From: Candidatus Gorgyraea atricola
GTDB taxonomy: Bacteria; Omnitrophota; Gorgyraeia; Gorgyraeales; Gorgyraeaceae
Length of the DNA stretch: 64,000 nucleotides
Direction: 5' to 3'
Assembly (NCBI GenBank): GCA_030765235.1
Contig: JAVCCW010000021.1
Span: 733-64,732 of the forward strand
Within the stretch, counting starts at the first letter, position 1. Each line of letters opens with the position of its first letter. A program made the translations under genes and the position numbers. Shown piece by piece: positions 52,860-63,312 of the stretch. The notes under the pieces are model-generated. The model did not search any database. It saw only the letters and a program-made list of their open reading frames with translations, and was not told the DNA's origin.

Positions 52860-54740
52860 ATGAGTAAGTTTGGAAAAGGTTACAATGTGAAAATAGTGTT
52901 ACTTATTATGGCTGTGGGATTTTTTATGTCTAATGCTGCTTATCCAGCAGCTTATTCTTTAAGAGTAGAAGTGGGAAGAGCAGTGGCAAATGGTAAATTA
53001 AAGGATGCTATGGAGCTGCAGCTCAGCAGGGAAGAGAGGGTTGTTCAGGCTTTTGAACTACTTCAGACACTAGCCAACGAAATGAAGATTGTTATTGAAA
53101 ATTCTAAATTTTTAGATATAAAAAAGAGTTTAAAAGAGTGGGCTGAGAGCAAAGATAAAAATAAAGATCCAGCCAAGGCTCGAACCTTAGCGCAAGATAT
53201 GTTTGATGAGTATAGGAAGATGAGAAAGATTTATCTTGAGAGATTTCAAAGCATTCTTAAGGATGAATATGACTCCGTGAAATATTTTGTTGATCTCGAT
53301 GGTAATGGCTATTTTAAGTTTACAGTGGATTATGATTTAGATGATAGATTAGGAAAGCCATTAATGCATTTTGGTAATTTAATAGAAAATGAAACAGTAG
53401 GCAATTTGGAACAAAAAATCAGAAGGGTTGTTGAAAAAAACGATGTATATTTACAGTTACTGGAGGATATAAAATCACCCACAGAAAAAGTCTTAACTGC
53501 TGCAGAAACTATGTTAGAAGCTAACATTGAGCCAGAAAAGACTTATAAATTTCTAGCTTATTATTACAGAATGAAAATGCAAGGGCAAACTGTAAAAGTC
53601 AAACCTGCATTATATGATGCAATAATAGAAAACATTGCTTTGATAAGTGATAAGGTTTTTATTAAAGAAAAAGAGGCTGATAATATAGATATGCAAGTCG
53701 CAAGAGTTTACAAGGCAGTATTCGGAGATATACTGCAGTCACTTTTGAATTTAAATAAGAAAGATATATTCAATAAAGCCGAGCAGACTCAAAGCGTAAT
53801 AAGAAAATTGGAAGATAATATAGAAGATAGGTTTAAAAAAGACAATGTTGAACAAATAACAAAAGATATATTAGGCTTAACAGAAGAAGACAATTCCTTT
53901 AACTTTGTAGTGTCTGTAATTCATACTGATAGAGATCGTTTTTTAGAGAATCTTAGGATTATAAAAACCCTGTTAACTGAGATAAAACCAGCTTCTATAA
54001 AAAGTTATATAGTTGAGGACATAAAACAGGCATATAGAAGAAAGCTTATCGAGGTAGCCACGCTATATCCTTCTGAGCAAGAGTGCAGAACGACTCTTTG
54101 GGGATATGCAATAGAGGCACCCGATTATAGTGGAATAGATATTGAATGTTTTACTGCTTATGTAGCAGGAGTGGCAAAGTTTCCGAATTTAGTTTTCTTT
54201 GAAAAAGGAAAGTTTCTTATTTGTGATATAGCTCCAGGAAAATTTGTTATTAATAAAGATGTTAAAGAAAACGATGTTATGGGGTCAGGAATTGCTCTTG
54301 GCGGTTGCGGGGTAGCTATTGTTAAAGGTGAGAGTGAAGATAAGATTGTAATGTCATTTACTCATCTTAGTATGGGAGGTTTTCATCTAAAGCATTTTTT
54401 AGATGAAGTTGATAATCTGAAGCTAAAAAACCCTCAAGTGATTTTTCTTATATATGAAAATAATAGATCAGGAATTACCAGAAATGAACTAAAAGAGTTG
54501 ATATATAATTGCTCTGAAGATAATCATCCAACTCTTTTTAGGGCACAAGAAGATAAAAGAGTGAAGATAATTGAAAGAAAAAGTAAGGCGAGAGTATTTT
54601 CTACCCCAGAAGGCATTATTATTGCTAAGGAATCTAATGTTTATCCCTTTTTATGGAGTGATATAGACTCTGTGCCAGCAGGTCATTTCAAATCCATAGA
54701 TGATCTATTAAAGGCTATTCTAATCAGTACTAATTTATAG
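52860..54740 (+). CDS. hypothetical secreted protein (626 aa), no recognisable domain
   Basis: signal peptide; Lys-rich helical. Confidence 0.4.
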   Translation: MSKFGKGYNVKIVLLIMAVGFFMSNAAYPAAYSLRVEVGRAVANGKLKDAMELQLSREERVVQAFELLQTLANEMKIVIENSKFLDIKKSLKEWAESKDKNKDPAKARTLAQDMFDEYRKMRKIYLERFQSILKDEYDSVKYFVDLDGNGYFKFTVDYDLDDRLGKPLMHFGNLIENETVGNLEQKIRRVVEKNDVYLQLLEDIKSPTEKVLTAAETMLEANIEPEKTYKFLAYYYRMKMQGQTVKVKPALYDAIIENIALISDKVFIKEKEADNIDMQVARVYKAVFGDILQSLLNLNKKDIFNKAEQTQSVIRKLEDNIEDRFKKDNVEQITKDILGLTEEDNSFNFVVSVIHTDRDRFLENLRIIKTLLTEIKPASIKSYIVEDIKQAYRRKLIEVATLYPSEQECRTTLWGYAIEAPDYSGIDIECFTAYVAGVAKFPNLVFFEKGKFLICDIAPGKFVINKDVKENDVMGSGIALGGCGVAIVKGESEDKIVMSFTHLSMGGFHLKHFLDEVDNLKLKNPQVIFLIYENNRSGITRNELKELIYNCSEDNHPTLFRAQEDKRVKIIERKSKARVFSTPEGIIIAKESNVYPFLWSDIDSVPAGHFKSIDDLLKAILISTNL

Positions 54741-54856
54741 CTGAAAATTTTTCCCTTGACACAATTCAGCGGTTGTATTATAGTTTACATAGTTACTTTT
54801 TATTTTGTCCTGAGTTTGTGATTTTTTTCACAAAGTCCCGTTGAAAGGTAGTTTCG

Positions 54857-55879
54857 TTGGATAAGTATTTCATTAATCGGCCCAACCTTGATAGACTTGC
54901 CAGGTCTTTGTCGAAAACCTATAGGGTGTATGTACCTGTAAAAGAAGGAGAGAACAGGTACTATAAGAAGGTCAGAGATAAAGGGCTTGAGGGCGCGTGT
55001 ATAGGAGAGATACGGCCTGTACAGAGTATAAAGAGTTTCTTTTTTCCTGCTAGGACAAAGGTATCAGAATACTTTTCTGAAAAGACCTCAGATAAAAAAT
55101 CAAGACCAGTTGCCATAATGGGCGCAAAGGCGTGTGACCTTGCTTCCTTAAAGGTAATGGACTATGTCTACATGCAGGATTCTTTTAAGGATCCTTTTTA
55201 TGTTGCAAGGAGACAGGAAGGCCTGATTATCTCCAGCGACTGCACATCATTCGGTGAGACCTGTTTTTGCGTTTCATTAGGGCTATTGCCATATCCCACC
55301 GAGGACTTTGATATAAATCTTTCAGAGGTTGGTAGTGGATATGTAGTAGAAATAGGCTCTGATAAGGGCCAGAAACTGATAAAGGATTATTCCAAGCTTT
55401 TTCAGTCCGCGGATCTATATATTGATAAAAAAGAAGCGGCAAGAAAAAAGCTAAAGCTAGAGCTGGAAGCACATGTAAAGGCCAAGGCCATACCTTCAAA
55501 GGAGTTAATCCAAGAGCTTTTCAAGAAGAAGTTTGATTCAGACTTATGGGAAGAAACTGCAAAGACATGCGTTGAGTGCGGTGCGTGCAATGTGATTTGC
55601 CCTGCGTGCCACTGCTTTGTATTAAAGGATCAGAAGGTGGGCGAGGGCTTTGAGAGGCTGAGGATGTGGGATTCATGTCTTTTAATGTCTTTTTCCAGGG
55701 TAGCGGGCGGCGCGAACCCGAGAAAACTTCTGGCATCTCGTTTGCGGAATCGCTTTGATAAGAAGTTTAATTTCTTTCCAGATGTAATCGGCAAATTCGG
55801 CTGTACAGGCTGCGGCAGATGCACTGAGGCCTGCGCTGGGAAGATTGACATTCGAGAGGTTTTGAGCAAGTTATCATGA
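54857..55879 (+). CDS. HydB/AsrA-like iron-sulfur subunit
   Basis: CVECGACNVICPACHC and CTGCGRCTEACAG clusters. Confidence 0.6.
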   Translation: MDKYFINRPNLDRLARSLSKTYRVYVPVKEGENRYYKKVRDKGLEGACIGEIRPVQSIKSFFFPARTKVSEYFSEKTSDKKSRPVAIMGAKACDLASLKVMDYVYMQDSFKDPFYVARRQEGLIISSDCTSFGETCFCVSLGLLPYPTEDFDINLSEVGSGYVVEIGSDKGQKLIKDYSKLFQSADLYIDKKEAARKKLKLELEAHVKAKAIPSKELIQELFKKKFDSDLWEETAKTCVECGACNVICPACHCFVLKDQKVGEGFERLRMWDSCLLMSFSRVAGGANPRKLLASRLRNRFDKKFNFFPDVIGKFGCTGCGRCTEACAGKIDIREVLSKLS

Positions 55880-56700
55880 TAGATAATCCATATGTACCTA
55901 TAAAAGCTGAAGTTTTAGATGTTATCCAGGATTCTCCTACTATAAAGACAGTTAGGATGAAGCCTGAGAAGCCAATGCACTTTAAGGCAGGCCAGTTCGT
56001 GGAGATGACCATACCTGGATTAGGCGAGGCGCCTTTTACACCTTCATCTTCGCCATACGAGAAGAGCAAGATGGAGATCAGCATAATGAAGGTGGGAAAG
56101 GTTACAGATAAGGTACATGAGCTTAAAAAAGGTGATCTAGTAGGTCTTCGCGGACCTTACGGAAACGAATACCCGCTCAATGAATATGAAGGGAAAGATG
56201 TATTACTCGTGGGCGGTGGAGTAGGACTGGCACCTCTGCGCGCGCTATTCCTAGCGCTCGTGCATGACCTTAAGAAATACAAAAGCATAACATTCTGCTG
56301 CGGCTCAAAGACACCAGATGACATTATATATAAGGAGTGTGTACTTGATAAATGGCAGAAGATAGATAAGAATGTCAATTTCAGGGTAACTGTTGATAAG
56401 GGTGATGATAAGTGGAAGGGTGATGTTGGCCTTGTGACAACCACGCTTAATGATCTAAAGATCGATCTTAAGAATAGCGTGGCAATAGTGTGCGGCCCGC
56501 CCATAATGATGAAGTTTTCAACGTTTAAATTAATCGAGATCGGATATAAAGAGGATCAGATATATCTATCAATGGAAAAGAACATGAGCTGTGGCTTTGG
56601 CAAGTGCGGACACTGCAGGCTTGGGAATTTTTACGTGTGTAAGGACGGACCTGTGTTTAGGTACGACAAAATAAGCAAAATTCACGAGATCTGGGACTAG
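55876..56700 (+). CDS. HydG/AsrB/PyrK-like FAD/NAD(P)-binding 2Fe-2S subunit
   Basis: FNR-like fold, LLVGGGVGLAPL, C-terminal CGFGKCGHC. Confidence 0.7.
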   Translation: MIDNPYVPIKAEVLDVIQDSPTIKTVRMKPEKPMHFKAGQFVEMTIPGLGEAPFTPSSSPYEKSKMEISIMKVGKVTDKVHELKKGDLVGLRGPYGNEYPLNEYEGKDVLLVGGGVGLAPLRALFLALVHDLKKYKSITFCCGSKTPDDIIYKECVLDKWQKIDKNVNFRVTVDKGDDKWKGDVGLVTTTLNDLKIDLKNSVAIVCGPPIMMKFSTFKLIEIGYKEDQIYLSMEKNMSCGFGKCGHCRLGNFYVCKDGPVFRYDKISKIHEIWD

Positions 56701-56704
56701 CACA

Positions 56705-56760
56705 GAAAAAACCGAGGCTGGACCTCGGCTTTTTTTGCCGAGGTCCAGCCTCGGTTTTTT
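56705..56760. terminator. bidirectional rho-independent terminator (A6-18 bp stem-T7-stem-T6)
   Basis: CCGAGGCTGGACCTCGGC TTTTTTT GCCGAGGTCCAGCCTCGG. Confidence 0.8.
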
Positions 56761-56772
56761 CTGAGAGATGAA

Positions 56773-57255
56773 ATGAAGCGATTATTTATTGATCTTGAGA
56801 AATTATATAACTGTGAGAAGCCAAAGGCAGAGTGCAGCTATTATTACCATCCTGAAAATGATGGGGTAACGCGGTTGCGCGAGCTAGGACAGTTTTTGCA
56901 TGTCTGCCGCAAGTGCGAAGAGGCGCCATGCATCAACGCATGTCCAAAAGAAGCGCTCGAGAAGCAGGAAGACGGCACAGTGAAGCGCTACACAATGCGC
57001 TGCATCTCATGTAAGTCATGCAGCCTTGCCTGCCCTTTTGGCACAATACCGCTTGAGACTATACCTTATATAATGTCGCAGTGCGATGCGTGCATAGATA
57101 GACTTGATAAGGAAGAGCCTGTTTGCGCAAAGACATGTTCTATTAAAGACGCTGTGAAATTTATAGAGGTAAAGGAATCAGAAAAAGACGACATATATCT
57201 AATAGGTAAAAACATAGCAGTCCATGCCAAGGCATGGAAGAAACTTCATCCATAA
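56773..57255 (+). CDS. 4Fe-4S ferredoxin-type hydrogenase subunit (HycB/HyfA-like)
   Basis: multiple CxxCxxC(P) clusters. Confidence 0.7.
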   Translation: MKRLFIDLEKLYNCEKPKAECSYYYHPENDGVTRLRELGQFLHVCRKCEEAPCINACPKEALEKQEDGTVKRYTMRCISCKSCSLACPFGTIPLETIPYIMSQCDACIDRLDKEEPVCAKTCSIKDAVKFIEVKESEKDDIYLIGKNIAVHAKAWKKLHP

Positions 57256-58157
57256 TGAGACTTTTATTTAATTTTTTAATATTCCCTGGATTTTTGTTTA
57301 CAGCTGTAGTAGGCCTGGTGGCAAGCTGGATCGATCGCAAGGTAACTGCGCGCGTGCAGTGGAGAGTAGGGCCGCCATGGTACCAGCCGTTCATGGACCT
57401 TGTAAAATTAAGCATAAAAGAGATAACTGTTCCGAGAGATGCCTCAAAGCCAGTGTTTTTCATGGCGCCGCTTGTAGGTCTTAGCGCCGCGATATTGGCC
57501 TCTACATTTATATGGCTGCCCAATATAAATTTAAGCGCGGCTGGTTTTAGAGGGGACATCATAGTGATACTCTATCTCTTGACATTACCGGCAATAGCGC
57601 TTATATTAGGCGCATCTTCCAGCGGAAATCCCCTGGCAGCTGTGGGCGCGTCAAGAGAAGTCAAGCTCGTCCTGGCATATGAGTTACCTTTTATCTTAAC
57701 CCTACTTGTTCCTATAATAAAGAGCAGCGGACTTATTAAATTATCAGAATTAATCGCATACCAGGGCATAAATGGCGCATTTGTCTCAAATGCCTCAGGC
57801 ATACTCGCGCTTCTCGTAGCAATATTCTGCATGCAGGCAAAGCTGGGCCTTGTGCCATTTGATATGGGCGAGGCAGAGACAGAGATAATGGGAGGCGTGT
57901 ACATAGAATATTCAGGCATGCTGCTCGCGATCTTTAAACTTACAAAGACAATGATGATGGTGGCGCTACCTGTATTTTTATCAACCATATTCTGGGGCGG
58001 ATTCAGCATCTGGAAATACGTGGTGCTGCTGGTAATAATAGTCTTGATGAGGAATACAAATCCAAGGGTGCGGATCGATCAGGCAGTGAGATTTTTTTGG
58101 GGCAAGATGACAATGCTTGCCGCAGTCGCAGTTTTATTAGCGGTACTGGGGATGTAA
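57255..58157 (+). CDS. NuoH/HycD/EchB-like membrane subunit
   Basis: VQWRVGP...PFMDL NuoH signature. Confidence 0.8.
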   Translation: MRLLFNFLIFPGFLFTAVVGLVASWIDRKVTARVQWRVGPPWYQPFMDLVKLSIKEITVPRDASKPVFFMAPLVGLSAAILASTFIWLPNINLSAAGFRGDIIVILYLLTLPAIALILGASSSGNPLAAVGASREVKLVLAYELPFILTLLVPIIKSSGLIKLSELIAYQGINGAFVSNASGILALLVAIFCMQAKLGLVPFDMGEAETEIMGGVYIEYSGMLLAIFKLTKTMMMVALPVFLSTIFWGGFSIWKYVVLLVIIVLMRNTNPRVRIDQAVRFFWGKMTMLAAVAVLLAVLGM

Positions 58158-58158
58158 G

Positions 58159-58587
58159 ATGAGTTTAAAATTAAAGGCATTAACAAAATCTATCTGGGTA
58201 TATCATCTTTGCGTAGGTGGAAGCTGTAACAATTGTGATATCGAGATCCTGGATCTATTGACGCCTCGATACGACGTAGAAAGGTTTGGGATAATGCTTG
58301 TCGGAAGCATAAAGCACGCGGATGCTATTCTGGTTACAGGTTCTTTAAGTTTAAAGGCAGTTGAACGCGTGAAAAGAGTTTATGAACAGGCAACAAAGCC
58401 ATGCGTAGTAATAGCTATAGGAGCTTGTGCTTGCGGCCAGGGAATTTTTGCAAAAGGGCCAGTTACGCCTAATCCTGTGGATTCGCTTCTCCCAATTAAT
58501 ATTTATATACCTGGCTGCCCGCCAAAACCAGAGGCAATGATAATGGGCATTGTGAAATTAATCAAGAAACTTACGGATAAGAAATGA
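58159..58587 (+). CDS. NuoB-like [NiFe]-hydrogenase small subunit (EchC/HycG-like)
   Basis: CxxC...GAC.CG...PGCPP cluster motifs. Confidence 0.85.
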   Translation: MSLKLKALTKSIWVYHLCVGGSCNNCDIEILDLLTPRYDVERFGIMLVGSIKHADAILVTGSLSLKAVERVKRVYEQATKPCVVIAIGACACGQGIFAKGPVTPNPVDSLLPINIYIPGCPPKPEAMIMGIVKLIKKLTDKK

Positions 58588-59018
58588 AAAAACAACAAAT
58601 TATCGAAAATATAAAGGTGCGCTCAGGAAAAGACATGTTGGATTTCAATGACAGGTCTGAGAGGCGTGTCTATATAACTATAAAAAAAGAGATCTTGCCC
58701 AAGATAGCGAGATACCTGTTCAATGACGTAAAGGCCAGGTTCTCAACAGCAAGCGGCGTGGATACAAGATCAGCAATTGAGATGCTCTATCACTTTTCAG
58801 TTGATGAGATAGGGCTTATTGTTACGCTAAGGGTTATTCTGGATAAGTCCAATCTCGAAATAGACAGCCTTACCTCTATAATGAAATGCGCAGAGTGGAT
58901 CGAAAGAGAAATACATGAACTTTTAGGCGTAAATTTTAAGGGTCATCCGAATCTAAAGCATTTGCTTTTGAAAGACGATTGGCCAGAAGGAAATTATCCG
59001 TTAAGAAGGGATCAATAG
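58584..59018 (+). CDS. NuoC-like subunit (EchD-like)
   Basis: position and size between NuoB- and NuoD-like genes. Confidence 0.7.
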   Translation: MKKQQIIENIKVRSGKDMLDFNDRSERRVYITIKKEILPKIARYLFNDVKARFSTASGVDTRSAIEMLYHFSVDEIGLIVTLRVILDKSNLEIDSLTSIMKCAEWIEREIHELLGVNFKGHPNLKHLLLKDDWPEGNYPLRRDQ

Positions 59019-60197
59019 ATGGCAGAGAGAAAGATCATCCCGATTGGACCATATCATCCGCTGCAGGAAGAGCCGGAGTTTTTCAGGCTGCATGTTGATG
59101 GTGAGACTGTAGTGGATATAGACATAGAGATCGGCTATAATCTTCGACTCATTGAAAAAATATCTGAATCTAAGACCTATGACCAGGTGACATTTCTGAT
59201 TGAGAGGATTTGCGGTATCTGTTCTACATCTCATCCTTTTGCGTATACTAATGCGATAGATGATCTTTTGGGCGTCACAGTTCCTGAAAGGGCGCTTTAT
59301 ATTCGCAGTATAATAGGAGAGCTTGAAAGGATACATTCGCATCTTTTGTGGCTCGGACTGGCAGGACACTTTTTAGGATATAATACTGTTTGGATGTGGG
59401 CATGGAGATATAGAGAGCCAGTGCTGGATATATTTGAGAAAATTTCAGGAAACCGCAATCATTACGCAATGTTTAAGCCAGGCGGTGTCAGGCGGGACAT
59501 GCACGAAGAAGATTTTCCGTGGATAAAAAAGACATTGAAGAGTCTGATCCCTAAATTCGATATGTTTAAAGGCGCTGTGATGGACGATCCTGTGATACGG
59601 GCCCGGACAGAAGGGATAGGGGTATTGACTAAACAGGACGCGCATGATTATGCTGTTGTTGGGCCTACAGCCAGGGCCTCTGGGGTTGCGATTGATGTAA
59701 GAAAAGATGATCCGAGCGGCGCATACGACAGGGTTGAATGGAAACTTATTACACAGGAAGGCGGGGGCGTATTCGCAAAAGCAGTTGTCAGAATATTAGA
59801 GCTTTATGAATCCGCGAATATTATAATACAGTGCCTGGATAATATGCCAAAAGGACCAATAGACCTTAATATAAAAGATATGCCGGTTGGAGAGGGTATT
59901 GGCAGGTATGAGGCGCCAAGAGGTGAAGTGTTTCATTATATTATGTCTGACGGTGGGAATAGTCCTGCCCGGCATAAGGTGAGAGCCCCGAGCTTTATGA
60001 ATATTGCATCGAATAAAAAGGCAGTAGTTGGCCATACGATTTCAGATGCCACGATAATCCTTGCGGCAGTTGATCCATGCTACTGCTGTACAGAGCGAAT
60101 GGCAGTAGTAGATTATAAGAGCGGAAAGAAACTTATGGATGGCCAGGACCTGATCAGGCTTTCGCAGGAAAAAACCGCGAGAATGCAAAGAAAATGA
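59019..60197 (+). CDS. group 4 [NiFe]-hydrogenase large subunit (EchE/HycE/NuoD-like)
   Basis: N-terminal RICGICSTSH and C-terminal DPCYCCTER Ni-Fe ligand motifs. Confidence 0.9.
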   Translation: MAERKIIPIGPYHPLQEEPEFFRLHVDGETVVDIDIEIGYNLRLIEKISESKTYDQVTFLIERICGICSTSHPFAYTNAIDDLLGVTVPERALYIRSIIGELERIHSHLLWLGLAGHFLGYNTVWMWAWRYREPVLDIFEKISGNRNHYAMFKPGGVRRDMHEEDFPWIKKTLKSLIPKFDMFKGAVMDDPVIRARTEGIGVLTKQDAHDYAVVGPTARASGVAIDVRKDDPSGAYDRVEWKLITQEGGGVFAKAVVRILELYESANIIIQCLDNMPKGPIDLNIKDMPVGEGIGRYEAPRGEVFHYIMSDGGNSPARHKVRAPSFMNIASNKKAVVGHTISDATIILAAVDPCYCCTERMAVVDYKSGKKLMDGQDLIRLSQEKTARMQRK

Positions 60198-61996
60198 AAT
60201 TACTATTACAGCCAATTTTAATCTCTATATTAGCAGGTGCTTTTATTCTTCTTGTGCCAAAAAAGCTCAGGAAAGTGGCAGAGGGGTTTAGTCTTGTTAC
60301 CTCTATATATCTATTGGTCGCGTGCGTAAAGATATTTATGAGCGCTCCGATCCAGAGCGATATTTTGTACGTGGATAATCTCTCAAGGTTTATTGTGCTG
60401 GCAATAGGGCTTTTCGGCGCGCTTGTAACCCTATATTCATTGCGCTTCATGGCCTCATACAAAGAATTTCGTTCGTATTATGCGAATACAATGTGGACCA
60501 TAGGATTTTCCATACTCGCGGCAGTCTCGAATAACATTGTGCTTCTTATTGTGGCATGGGGTTTTCTTGGCTTTACGCTTTATATGCTGATCAATGTGGC
60601 TGGGCCTCGCGCCGCGAACATCAGCAAGAAGACCTTTATTATAATAGGCGGAACAGATTCGCTTATGATACTGGGTTTTGCGATCATGTGGCTCATCACA
60701 AAAGACCTGACCCTGAGCACTACAAAGATAGCCATAGATACCCCGCTTTCATTCTGGGCATTTTTATTAATAGCTATTGGCGCGCTTGCAAAGGCAGGCG
60801 CAATGCCATTTCATACATGGGTGCCTGATACGGCAAAAGAGGCGCCTGTGCCAGTAGCTGCATTTTTACCTGCATCACTCGATAAATTGCTTGGCATATA
60901 CCTGTTAGCAAGGTTAGTATTGAATGTTTTTATATTGAATAGTTTCACTTACGCGCTTCTTATGGCAGTAGGGGCAATTACAATAATCGCAGCAGTAATG
61001 ATGGCGCTCGTGCAGCACGATTTTAAGAGACTTCTTGGTTATCACGCGGTGAGTCAGGTCGGCTACATGATACTTGGCCTTGGCACTGGTAATCCAATAG
61101 GTATTGCCGGCGGGCTTTTTCATATGTTGAACAATACTATATACAAGTCGTGCTTATTTTTTAGCGGAGGCAATGTCCAGCATAAAACAAACACTTCAGA
61201 TTTGGATTCTTTAGGCGGACTGGCAAAGATAATGCCTCTGACATTTCTTGGTTTTCTTATAGCCAGTCTGTCTATATCAGGCGTACCGCCATTTAATGGC
61301 TTTATGTCAAAGTGGATGGTGTATCAGGGCTTGATAGAGAAGGGTAAATCAGGCGGAGTGCTGTGGATATTCTGCATAGTAGCTGCGATGTTTGGCAGCG
61401 GCCTCACGCTTGCGTCCTTTATCAAGCTAATACACGCAATCTTCTTAGGTAAATCCAAAAACGGGCCAACGGGCCAACGGGCCAACGGGCAACGGAACGA
61501 AGTTTCTTGGACTATGTGGTTGCCGCCAGTGATTCTCGCAGGTTTTTGCATAGTGTTCGGAGTATTTGCCTATGCTATTCCTTTAAAATATTTAATAATC
61601 CCTGCTGTATCTGCAAATTTAAACTTTATAGGGTCATGGCCGTCTTCGCAGGCTACTTTATTCCTACTCATAGGTCTTGGTGTTGGTCTTGTAGTATATC
61701 TCCTGGGCAATTTTAAAGGCGTAAGAGAGACAGGGCATTATATAGGCGGAGAAGAGCTTGAAGACAATATGCGGCTTTCCGGCGCAGAGTTTTATAATAC
61801 AATAAAAGAGCTTCCTTTTATAAAAGGTATTTACGCCAAGGCTGAGAGGAAATTATTTGATATTTACGAACAAGGTAAGAAGCTTGTATTTTTCTTCATA
61901 GGTATACTAAAGTTTTTGCACAATGGCGTGCTTCCAACATATCTGGTGTGGTGCCTGTTGGGCGTCATAGTGTTTTTGTTTACAATAGTAAGGTAG
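60194..61996 (+). CDS. MrpA/NuoL-like antiporter subunit; contains (ACGGGCCA)x3 octamer repeat
   Basis: about 16 TM helices, NuoL-like motifs. Confidence 0.8.
   Translation: MKLLLQPILISILAGAFILLVPKKLRKVAEGFSLVTSIYLLVACVKIFMSAPIQSDILYVDNLSRFIVLAIGLFGALVTLYSLRFMASYKEFRSYYANTMWTIGFSILAAVSNNIVLLIVAWGFLGFTLYMLINVAGPRAANISKKTFIIIGGTDSLMILGFAIMWLITKDLTLSTTKIAIDTPLSFWAFLLIAIGALAKAGAMPFHTWVPDTAKEAPVPVAAFLPASLDKLLGIYLLARLVLNVFILNSFTYALLMAVGAITIIAAVMMALVQHDFKRLLGYHAVSQVGYMILGLGTGNPIGIAGGLFHMLNNTIYKSCLFFSGGNVQHKTNTSDLDSLGGLAKIMPLTFLGFLIASLSISGVPPFNGFMSKWMVYQGLIEKGKSGGVLWIFCIVAAMFGSGLTLASFIKLIHAIFLGKSKNGPTGQRANGQRNEVSWTMWLPPVILAGFCIVFGVFAYAIPLKYLIIPAVSANLNFIGSWPSSQATLFLLIGLGVGLVVYLLGNFKGVRETGHYIGGEELEDNMRLSGAEFYNTIKELPFIKGIYAKAERKLFDIYEQGKKLVFFFIGILKFLHNGVLPTYLVWCLLGVIVFLFTIVR
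61461..61495. repeat. ACGGGCCA octamer x3 plus partial, in frame (KNGPTGQRANGQRNE) inside MrpA-like CDS
   Basis: seen in sequence. Confidence 0.8.
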
Positions 61997-62002
61997 AAAA
62001 CA

Positions 62003-62521
62003 ATGCTTGAGTTACAGATACTTTTAATATTTATGATAATAGCCGCGATGATCGCTGTAAAGTCTAAGGATCTTTTGTCCTCAGTTATTGCAGTAGGTAC
62101 TGTAGGCCTTGGACTCTCGCTCGCCTTTTTAATACTTAAGGCGCCTGACCTTGCGATCGCGCAGCTCGTGGTAGAGATCCTGGTCATAATAATACTCATA
62201 AGGGCCACGATCAGAAAAGACCTTCCGTTTTCTACATCCGGACGCTGGTTTTTTAATACCTTTGTGACATTTTTATTTCTGATCGTATTCCTGGGATTTG
62301 GTTATTATTGCATGAAGGATCTACCAGGATTTGGCGAGCCCATCATGAAGATCTCGCAGAGATTTATAACAGAAGGCCTGAGAGAAACAGGCGCCGCGAA
62401 CCTGGTAACAGCAGTAGTCCTGGATTACAGGGCCTATGATACTTTGGGTGAGGCAACTATTCTTTTTACAGCTGTGATCGGAGTCCTGGCAGTTATACGT
62501 AAGGTCGGAAGGAAGAAGTAA
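62003..62521 (+). CDS. Mrp antiporter subunit (MnhB N-part/DUF4040-like)
   Basis: TM protein in Mrp module. Confidence 0.5.
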   Translation: MLELQILLIFMIIAAMIAVKSKDLLSSVIAVGTVGLGLSLAFLILKAPDLAIAQLVVEILVIIILIRATIRKDLPFSTSGRWFFNTFVTFLFLIVFLGFGYYCMKDLPGFGEPIMKISQRFITEGLRETGAANLVTAVVLDYRAYDTLGEATILFTAVIGVLAVIRKVGRKK

Positions 62522-62522
62522 T

Positions 62523-62975
62523 ATGACAGAACCCCAGAAGGGTATGACTTTAATAGTAAAGACGATTACGCGCCTGACAGTGGGTCTGATACTCTTATTC
62601 GGCGTTTATATTGTCAGTCATGGGCACCTCAGCCCCGGAGGCGGATTTGCAGGAGGCGTGATTATCGCGCTTTCCTTTATACATATTATGTTGGCATTTG
62701 GCAAAGAGACTGCGTTTAAAAAGGTAAACCAGGCCATTGCGTCGTTTTTTGAAAGTCTTGGCGCGATAATATTTATAACGCTTGCGCTTATCGGTATCGC
62801 GAGCGGTTATTTCTTTTTGAATTTTCTGTCAAAGGGTGAGCCTTTTACGCTTTTTAGCTCAGGACTCATTCCTTTATATAATGTGGCAATATGTTTTAAA
62901 GTTGGGGCAGGACTTTTTATTATATTCATTACGCTTGTGCTTTTGAAAATACCTGGAGAGGATAGCGAGAAATGA
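62523..62975 (+). CDS. MnhB/MrpB-like subunit
   Basis: SPGGGFAGGV motif. Confidence 0.65.
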   Translation: MTEPQKGMTLIVKTITRLTVGLILLFGVYIVSHGHLSPGGGFAGGVIIALSFIHIMLAFGKETAFKKVNQAIASFFESLGAIIFITLALIGIASGYFFLNFLSKGEPFTLFSSGLIPLYNVAICFKVGAGLFIIFITLVLLKIPGEDSEK

Positions 62976-63310
62976 CAGTTTATTTTTTGTGTCTGGTGCT
63001 TTTTTGCATCGGGCTATATTGTATATTAAGGAAGCGTAATCTTATAAAGATAATCATAGGCATCGCCATAATGGAGTATGCTGTAAATTTATTTTTTATA
63101 CTTGTTGGTTATAAGATGAATGGCCGCGCGCCTATACATGCTCCTGATCAGGAAATACTAAACATGGTGGATCCATTGCCGCAGGCACTGGTCCTGACCT
63201 CTATAGTCATTGGACTCGCAGTCACTGCCCTTATCGCGGCTATCGCGATGAGGGTGTATGAGAAATACAGGACCTTTGATATTACGAAGATCAGAAGGTT
63301 AAAAGGTTAG
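62972..63310 (+). CDS. MnhC/NuoK-like subunit
   Basis: 3 TM, size, position. Confidence 0.65.
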   Translation: MTVYFLCLVLFCIGLYCILRKRNLIKIIIGIAIMEYAVNLFFILVGYKMNGRAPIHAPDQEILNMVDPLPQALVLTSIVIGLAVTALIAAIAMRVYEKYRTFDITKIRRLKG

Positions 63311-63312
63311 TT

